Of a stretch of DNA of 64,000 nt, positions 52,661-64,000 are shown one piece after another. The DNA comes from Octopus vulgaris (taxonomy: Eukaryota): NCBI GenBank assembly GCA_951406725.2, contig OX597831.1:66278001-66342000 (forward strand). The letters run 5' to 3'. Position numbers and translations under genes: made by a program. Position 1 is the stretch's first letter. Each line of letters opens with the position of its first letter. The notes under the pieces are model-generated. The model was not told the origin of the DNA and made no database searches. It saw nothing but the letters and a program-made list of their open reading frames with translations.

Positions 52661-52746
52661 TTGGTACGATCGTTTCACGCTACATCATTTTATTTAATAT
52701 TGTAAGTATTACAACAGTTTTAAAATGTTGAGCAATCATCAGCCAA
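52661..52746 (-). ncRNA. Type I hammerhead ribozyme (intact core, long stem II, palindromic stem III)
   Basis: Minus strand: ttgg-CTGATGA-ttgct...agcgt-GAA-ACGATCGT-A-ccaa. Confidence 0.75.
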
Positions 52747-52898
52747 TTATAGAGGTTTTCCATTAATATATAATTTTCATATCAATTGATAACATTATAG
52801 AGAAGGAAGATATATAGACAAAGATGTTGATTTAAATTTTAAGAACATTAAGGTAGTAGAGTTTATCTTCTGGCTGAAGAATACTCATTCTCATATAA

Positions 52899-52984
52899 TT
52901 GGCTGATGATTGCTTAACATTTTAAAACCGTTGTAACACTTACAATATTTAATAAAATGATGTAGCGTGAAACGATCGTACCAA
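52899..52984 (+). ncRNA. Type I hammerhead ribozyme (intact core), inverted partner of 52661-52746
   Basis: ttgg(52899)-CTGATGA(52903-52909)-ttgct..catttta...taaaatg..agcgt-GAAAC(52969-52973)-GATC-GTA(52978-52980)-ccaa. Confidence 0.75.
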
Positions 52985-53451
52985 ACTACCGAAGTTATTC
53001 TTGTTGCTTATTTTGATTATAATCACCCCATGGATTTTTATGGATAACACCATATAGAATTCTGGTGCATCTAACTTAAGTACCATATTCATTTGAATCT
53101 AAATTTTGCTGAACTTATATATATACATGTATATATATATATATATAGATAGATATAGATATATATATTGTCATAGTTAACAATATAGCTTGCAGTGGGC
53201 TTCGTTCGGTATGCAACATTGGAAAGTCACAAGAATGATGAAACATCAATGCCTGTCGCTCAAAGAAGGGACATGATGTAAGTTGTCTCCCTTGCCTGTA
53301 ACTTACTTTCAGGTGATTTTAGCACCAGGTACAACTGAAAATATATTCTTTTACACCTAAAACACATCCAACCCAGAATGTAACAACATGCACACCTTGT
53401 GTATGTGTGTCCGATTTTGTTTATATACTTTGAGCTGCTTCAAATTCATAT

Positions 53452-53486
<35 letters not shown>

Positions 53487-53487
<1 letters not shown>

Positions 53488-53722
53488 CGTGCCGGTGGCA
53501 TGTAAAAAGCACCACTGATCGTGGCCACTGCCAGCCTCCCCTGGCACGTAAAAAGCACCCACTACACTCACAGAGTGGTTGGCGTTAGGAAGGGCATCCG
53601 GCTGTAGAAACACTGCCAGATCAGACTGGAGCCTGGCGCAGCCTCCTGGCTTCCCAGATCCCGATCAAACCGTCCAACCCATGCTAGCACAGAAAACGGA
53701 CGTTATACGATGATGATGATGA
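53487..53722 (+). mobile_element. RTE LINE 3' UTR fragment
   Basis: Conserved block and (TGA)n. Confidence 0.8.
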
Positions 53723-54025
53723 TATATACAAGCATATCTGACATATAAACATGGCAAATTTAATGATTTCTTCACAGATTGAATAAAATGATAACCAGCC
53801 TTATTTGTTTTTCAAACCTGATTGTGTTTTCATCAGAAGTCCCTACATCATTTGACAAATCCAAGAGAAAATAAGTTGCTAATCTGTTTATATACAAATC
53901 CAGTAGCTTCAGGGAACTGGAGTTACTAATTTGCATATCATAAGTATAATATCACTACATTTAATATCAGGGTCCTGTCTGTGGAGATCTTAGGCCACAT
54001 AGTATCAAGGTATGGATATATGTAA

Positions 54026-54168
54026 TGAGGTTGACTTTGCCTTTCATCCTTTCGGGGTCGATAAATTAAGTACCAGTTACGCACTGGGGTCGATGTAATC
54101 GAATTGATCCGTTTGTCTGTCCTTGTTTATCCCCTCTGTGTTTAGCCCCTTGTGGGCAGTAAAGAAAT
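54026..54168 (+). mobile_element. 5'-truncated Meta-like SINE
   Basis: 18-bp TSD AGGTATGGATATATGTAA at 54008-54025 and 54169-54186. Confidence 0.85.
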
Positions 54169-56156
54169 AGGTATGGATATATGTAAACCTACAGAGTAGA
54201 TATAGAAACAGTGTAAATTTAACTATCTTTTAACTAACTTTTCACTGAGTTTCAAACCTTATTCGGCTCTCATCAGGTGTCTATGTCATTTGACCAATCC
54301 CGGAGAAAATGAGAAGCCAATCTGTTTTTTTAGGCAATGATGAATCTTGAAGTAAATAAAATTATAAATGATAACATTTAAATATTGGGTTAAAACCTTT
54401 GGATAGAAAAAAGAAATTAAAAGCTGCCCATGGAACATGAACCTACAAATGTAAACGACAGGCTTTCAACCATTGGACCAAAGCCATCCTTCACATTTCT
54501 GTCCATTTTAGGCACTTTATTCTTTACACACACACACACAACATATAAAGATGTGTGTGTGTACTTTTCAGGTGAATGGAAACTAATATAGTAAATGGCT
54601 TCAGTGTTAATATATTATTTTTTTTTGTACAAGTTTACTAATAGAGAAAATTTATTCTTGCATGAACTGTCGTGAACTGCAGGTAAACTATTTTTTAAGC
54701 ATTAATGAAAATTAACAAAGGATTAATTGAAATGTAAGAGATGAGTTTCTGGAGATGTTACCAATCCAATACTCCAGCCACTATGTGTTACTCATCCTCA
54801 ATCTCACTGCATGCCACTGTGAGAGAGATAATAAAAGAGAGAAAGAGGAAAACAAACAATGTCACCAATGCTTTCATCACCATTCACTCTCCTTCCTCTC
54901 TCTCTCTCAAACTATGTCTCTTTATGTGTGTCTCTCATTCTCTTTCTTTTTTTCCACTAAATTTAAGTTGACTCTGAAGTTTCTTTGAAAGTCACTTAAG
55001 AAGTTTGCAATGAAGGGTGTCTTTGAATGTGCTTGTTCTGTTTTGCTAAACCATACTTAAACACATACGAATAGATGTAAGTAGATGGATAACTGGTCCT
55101 CAGAATTCCTCTAAATACACATTGTTAAGAATTTGGTATTATCACACATTAATATGTTATTGTATGTTGCTGAGAATATGAATCTGTCATCTTTTCCAAC
55201 ACTCTAAGATGTCTGTACATACAAGATAGCATACTTCTGGTTGCATGGATTATTATGCTAATTAGCTTCAAATCAGTTTTAATAAATACCCAAATATTTA
55301 AATCAGCAAGATCTATTTCACCAAAGATGGTATGGAGGTAAAAATATATAAAAGATCACACATCATATTTATAAACAAATAAGTATCCCTCATGGGATAA
55401 TTTTTTCCTTTAATTTTTATCATTGCAATAATAGTCATCATCACCACTCATTAATGAGCAAATATAATTTGAACATAAGAACAAACATACACTTCTGTTT
55501 GAAAGTAACTACAGAAGATTAAGCCATCAAAACCTCCTTTGATTCTGTTATGTCTTTTGATAACCCATTTGAATAAAATTTACTATTCATTTATAAGGAT
55601 ATGAGATTCTATGTTGCCTATGCCTTTCTCCAAATATTGGAGTTATTACTAAGAATCGAAAGTGGGCAGGGTGCAACTGTAATTTACTAGGAGTTTATTT
55701 CTTGTATTCATGTATTGCACATTTACTAGTGAAATTTATGACAATGTAAAACGATGCTTAATGATTTTCCTTCAGACCCAAATTCCAGTTTTAAATTGAA
55801 ATCGGTTACTTCCTTTAAATCTTAAGTTCTATTTGAAATTTAGACATTATTAATAATAATTATTGTACAGTAGTAGCATCAGCTTCATGGTTAAAGTAAG
55901 TGACCATTTAGCAACCTTTTAGCATTATGCACTTGGTTCACACCCTGCTCTCATTACCATGTTTTAGTATTCATACTTTTACTGTGCAAACCGGGTATAA
56001 TGAAAGGAATCTTGTTTGAGCTGAAACACAGGGGAGAAGAAACCACTTCTGTGAATGATGTCAGCCGTCTTGGAAATTAAAGAAACAAGAGGAATACAGC
56101 CACATAAAGAAAACAATACTTGAAGAAGGTTTGGAAGCACTAAGATAGTTAATTAA

Positions 56157-56377
56157 CCCTTTTGTTACTGTATTTATTTTGAGATGCTCTGTGTTTCTTT
56201 CAATTATTTTAAATATTACAAAGAATTTAGTAAAATAACTTAGTTATCATTCAGCTAGTGTTAGGAACATAAATTGTGACTAAGGTTTGGTGGTATATTT
56301 TAATGCAAAACTTATGAAAACAAGACATTTGTGCTACAGAGCCAGAGCTGGTTTTGGCCGGGTTGGTAATGAAAGGG
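56157..56377. mobile_element. piggyBac-like MITE (related family)
   Basis: TTAA|CCCTTTTGTTAC...GTAATGAAAGGG|TTAA. Confidence 0.75.
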
Positions 56378-57524
56378 TTAAGTCTCTGAGAAACAGAAAC
56401 TACTGAAGTAAAGGTAGAGATAGTGAAGTGAGAAAGCTAGAGGTTGGAATATGCTGGTCAGTAAATCCATGCCAATTAGTCCAATGGTTTGTCTTGAGAT
56501 GTGGTTCAGCAGCATCACCATCTCAGATGTAGAAGCAATATCTCATTATGGGTCCCATTTGAGCTTTGTATCAATTGTTGAGAGTTGAAGTATTTTCTGT
56601 TCAGTCTTTTGGGTTTTGATGTGTTGTGAATGTGAATTATCAGTGGATTGTAAGGCCCAATATGACTGACAGTTATTGAAGATCAAAGCAATCTAAATGT
56701 GATGTGGACATTAATATTGAAAATATACACTTTGAAGATGAAGTTAATAATTGGGAAAATGATAGTGCTATTAACAACTTATCTCAGATATTTAGCTAAT
56801 TAACAGACTAAGATAAATTCTAGCACATTATTAAGGCATGAAATAGATAACATTTTAAAAGGGCTGCCTCGAGCAAAATTTGATCTCAAATAATTGGCAT
56901 TTAGTTAAGTCATTTCTCAGAATGTATCAAAGATGCACAGTAAAAGTAGTAATGAGATGAACCCTACCAAGGTAAATAAACAGGTATTCTAAGCAAAACC
57001 AGTGCAGAATAATACTAACTTGGTCTAGATAAGTCTTTTAACAAACAGCTGAAATGAGATAAAGTGGCCAACTAAAACTTTTCATGTTCAATGTAATATA
57101 GTCCTTCGTTATCAAAATTAACTCATAATCCTTATCAATAATGATATTTCATCTATTTAATTTTAGTTAATTTCTTATTTTTATTCAAATTTTGAAGGTA
57201 GCTGATTTATCACTAAAGTTTTCAACAGCTTTCATTCGCTGTACTTAGCTTCAACTGCTGTAGACACCACAACCCGTACTGTATAAAACACAGTAGTATC
57301 AATTAATTGCACAAATACAGAATTCAGTATAACTCAACCTCTTCCTTTGAAGTAGAGAGATAGAAAAGATAAGAAGATATAGATACACCTGTCTGTAGGA
57401 TATTATTATAAAAAGAATCCTTTAATTAAGCAGTGTATAGTTTGTGTGTCTGTACATGTCTGTATACATATTTTTAAATGATTTATTGGATATCTAAGGA
57501 AAGTCAGATGGTTGCAGCTGCATA

Positions 57525-57681
57525 CTACTTCACTTTGTGCCAGGGTTTCAAATCGATACCTTTGTGATCAGGAAAATGGTGGTAGTGGCACTTGTCACCA
57601 AACTGGCAGCCTGTTGTTCTCCAGAAGTAACATTCGTTACCATTCACTGGACCAGACTGTTTTGGTAAATTGTAACGGAAT
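57525..57681 (-). CDS. Terminal coding exon of a CCCH zinc-finger protein (FRYNLPKQSGPVNGNECYFWRTTGCQFGDKCHYHHFPDHKGIDLKPWHKVK*); possibly a TTC31-like TPR/RRM/CCCH protein
   Basis: Strong minus-strand acceptor tttctctctcttccactag, exact C-x7-C-x5-C-x3-H finger, then stop TAG. Minus-strand AATAAA at 57180-57185. Family name is from memory and unverified. Confidence 0.8.
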
Positions 57682-58471
57682 CTAGTGGAAGAGAGAGAAA
57701 CAGTGTAAAGTTTAGACAAATTATTCAAGATGAAACTGGTGGAGAGTAGAGGACAGAAGAAAGGATGATAAATTGGTGATGATTAAGAGATGAGAAGAGA
57801 TAAAGTACCAATGTTGGTGGTGAGAGAATAAAAGAATAGAGATGAAAAGCTAACAATAAATGATTTACTGAATCATTTTTCATAATAAACTGCAACAGAA
57901 TAAACTAATTTAAACAACCTTATCATTGACATCATGTCATTATAATATCAAAAGAAAAATGAAATAATTATAATTAAACATATTTGGTAAAGTATATATT
58001 TTTTTACAAGAATTGGAGCCAAATTTTGGCAGGCTTAACAGGTTTCATTAACTCTAAAGGATTTACTGTGACATTCATGGAAATTTTTATCATTCATTCT
58101 CAGGCATGGCTTTGTAGTAAGAAGCTTCCCAACCACAAAGTTCTGGGTTCAGTCCTACTGCATGGCATGTTGGGCAAATGTCTTCTACTATAGCCTCAGT
58201 ACTATAGCCTGGATTTATACACACATAGATGTAGGAGTGGCTGTGTGGTAAGTAGCTTGCACCTGCCTACTTTGGTTGCTATGGCATTGAGGAAGAACTG
58301 GTGACCCTCATTAATGGGGATAAAACCCAGATTTAAAACACTGGATATGATGATATATATACATACATATATATATTAACACACATACACATACACACAC
58401 ACATATGTATATACACACATACATATATATATATTTACACACATATATACATATACATACATATATATATA

Positions 58472-59471
58472 CTAGCAGAAAGACTGCCCTCTGGGCAGTT
58501 TTCTGATAGCCACTCAATAATATTTTCATATTTGATTCGCATTTCTAATTTTTATATTTTATGCCTAATTCTTTCAATAATAGTGCTCATTTGCTTAGTA
58601 AATATTGCTTTCATTATTTTATCACAGTCATAATCTCTTTTTTTTTAAAACAAACATAACTGTAGTCCAACAACAGAGGGAGAAGCAGTTTGACAAGTTT
58701 TACCTTGCCCTCAACGCAACATAGAGAATTCAATTCAGCAGCCCATCTGTAAGCTTTAAAGTGTGTGTGTGTGTGTTTGTGTGTGTGTGAGTGTGTGTGT
58801 GTGAGTGAGAGATAGAGATAGAACATTGCAAACAAAGAATGAAATGAAAAACTTGTATAAATAAAAGGGCATTACTACAGATGTATATGCCTCTGACTTT
58901 GTTGCCTCATAACATCCAGAAAAATGAATACTTTTTAACAAAATTTCCTACGAATACCACTTCAGAGTATATAGGGTTCTTTGGGAAAGAATTTTTGTGG
59001 AGAGAGGAGTTTCAGAAAATTCACACGATCTGACATTTTTCCTCATAACATTCAGGAAGATGGGTATTTTTTAATGAAAATTAATACAAATCCCCTTCAA
59101 ATGGCATAGATTTTCACCTCCCTCCCTCATCATTGCACTCCACACATATTTTTGAATTTTTTGAATTTTTGAATTGTTAATATTTTCAGAGGGAAAAGTG
59201 ATTTAAGGGCAATTTGGCTGTTCTTTCTAGCAGATCCAATGACAACCTTCCTCGTTTCTTTATCACTCTCACTTGTATTAATGTTTTTCAATATTTTCCC
59301 CCCATAAATACATTTATATGCTATAAAAAAGAAAATTTGAGAAATTATGAATTTTTTGCAACCCCACTCCTGGCTCCTGATTGTTTCCATTTAGAAATTA
59401 AAGTCTTGGAGAGCCTGAGAAGGTCATTGCCAGCATTTATCTACAGTAATTTTTAAAAAAAATTATGGAGA
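58472..59471 (-). mobile_element. Probable non-autonomous Helitron with internal ~140-bp direct repeats
   Basis: Minus-strand 3' end ctgccc-aga-gggcag...CTAG|T at 58472; candidate A|TC 5' end at 59471; repeats at about 58890-58975 and 59030-59110. Confidence 0.5.
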
Positions 59472-60297
59472 TGTACTTGCATAGCAAGTGACTTGATCTG
59501 AGATCGTGTGCTGAAACAAAAGCAATTGCAGCATGGAAGATGTTTGTAAAACATTCAAGAACATACAAATACACACAAAAGGAAGTTTGACTTCAACATT
59601 CAAACTTCATTTGTGTCAAAATATTTTTTGTCGCTTTGAAACCGTGATCTATTCACTGACAAAACTTCACAAAAGTGATGCAACACAAAGTCTTGTCAGT
59701 GAACAGCACAAACACACATACAACACACACATTCATTACCTTTGATTTGTGTGTATGTGTATCTATGTGTGCGCGTGAGTGTGTATTAGTGTGTCACTGC
59801 TGAAGTTGTGTTTGGAAGCTGTGAATAAGGTGCAAGTTTGAAGTACTTGTCAGTAACTTTTTCTTTCTTTTCTCTTCGTCTTCTAATAGCAATTGTCCAT
59901 CTTTCTAGGCTTCTCTCACAGCTGTCCCGCATTCAAAATTTATATGGGTATTTAAAAAAATTTTCATCCAATAAATAATGTTTCTACATTAAATATACAT
60001 TAATAGCAGATTAAAACTTAAAAGAGAAAATGAGAGACATTGCAAATGAAAATGGAATACTCCACAGTGAATGCAATGAATATTTAAATTTGTGATGAAA
60101 TTGGATGCAGTGAATATTTAAATTTTGAGAGAAATTGGAGTTAAAAAAATTCAAGAAACTTGAGAAATTGAAATTATAGGAAATTTTTTAGAACATGAAT
60201 TTATAAAAATATTTCCACACAGTCAACCCTTTAATAATTGCTTTCTTTTAATACTTTTTGTAATTGTTACATCCCTAATTAATAAGCAGCTTTGTCC

Positions 60298-63574
<3,277 letters not shown>

Positions 63575-63840
63575 TCTCTTATTATAAAAGGCAGATTTTA
63601 TCTGCCTCCCTTTGGGAGTCATACAAATCTACAATATAGGATTTCTTCAATTACAATTTACCTAGCAATTTTAAGAGTACAATGCATCGCGTCATGCCAG
63701 CTCCAGTTTTTAAAATTTAAACTCCAATTAAGCAAAATTTGCAGAAAACTTACATTCTGGTGTGTGTGTCAAATGCTTTTCTTAGTCTGGTTTACAGCAC
63801 ACGCAAACGCACACACACACTGTGTAACGAATAAAATGAA
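63575..63840 (+). repeat. Interspersed repeat with Helitron-like 5' end, shared with 12980-13251
   Basis: High visual identity to the reverse complement of 12980-13251; A|TC start. Confidence 0.7.
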
Positions 63841-64000
63841 ACTAGATGTAATATTTGTTACTGTCCATGAACGCTGATAGATACATGAGTAAAATGTATG
63901 GGAAGCTAACAAATAAGAGTGAGTGAAAATGTTCTTGGAAGAGAGTAAATTTGAAGCTTGAGAACAATCAGATACATTTGCAACACATCTGTTGAAAATA

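Larger units (their letters stand above)
52624..53022. repeat. Inverted repeat (~128-bp arms, ~140-bp spacer), each arm carrying a hammerhead
   Basis: 52624-52751 is the reverse complement of about 52894-53022, with roughly five differences by eye. Confidence 0.9.

Noticed and set aside
58703-58747. Possible ~43-nt minus-strand exon (cag|atgggctgct...ggcaag|gtaaaa) upstream of the CCCH exon
   Set aside because: The only open frame ends in phase 0, while the terminal exon starts in phase 2; no polypyrimidine tract.

Overview
AT-rich, microsatellite- and transposon-dense eukaryotic DNA. The repeat families point to an octopus (coleoid cephalopod) genome; this is an inference. Two protein-coding genes converge tail-to-tail. 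(1) On +, the last seven coding exons (275-25075) of a cAMP-specific phosphodiesterase PDE4/dunce encode essentially the whole catalytic domain and C-terminus, followed by a probable long 3' UTR. (2) On -, the terminal exon (57525-57681) of a CCCH zinc-finger protein, possibly TTC31-like. The rest is tRNA-derived SINEs, RTE-, CR1- and R4-like LINE relics, a solo LTR, Tc1/mariner relics, MITEs (8-bp and TTAA TSDs), non-autonomous Helitrons and long (TA/CA)n arrays. Most ORFs in the supplied track are microsatellite artefacts. The least expected signal is a set of minimal type I hammerhead ribozymes: four with intact cores and about eight decayed. The intact ones all sit in inverted-repeat or fold-back elements, and one of these still carries a Penelope-like GIY-YIG remnant. 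One intact hammerhead lies in sense orientation inside a PDE4 intron. Several inverted repeat pairs in PDE4 introns are candidate dsRNA/ADAR or back-splicing substrates. All coordinates were read by eye; ends of degenerate repeats are approximate.
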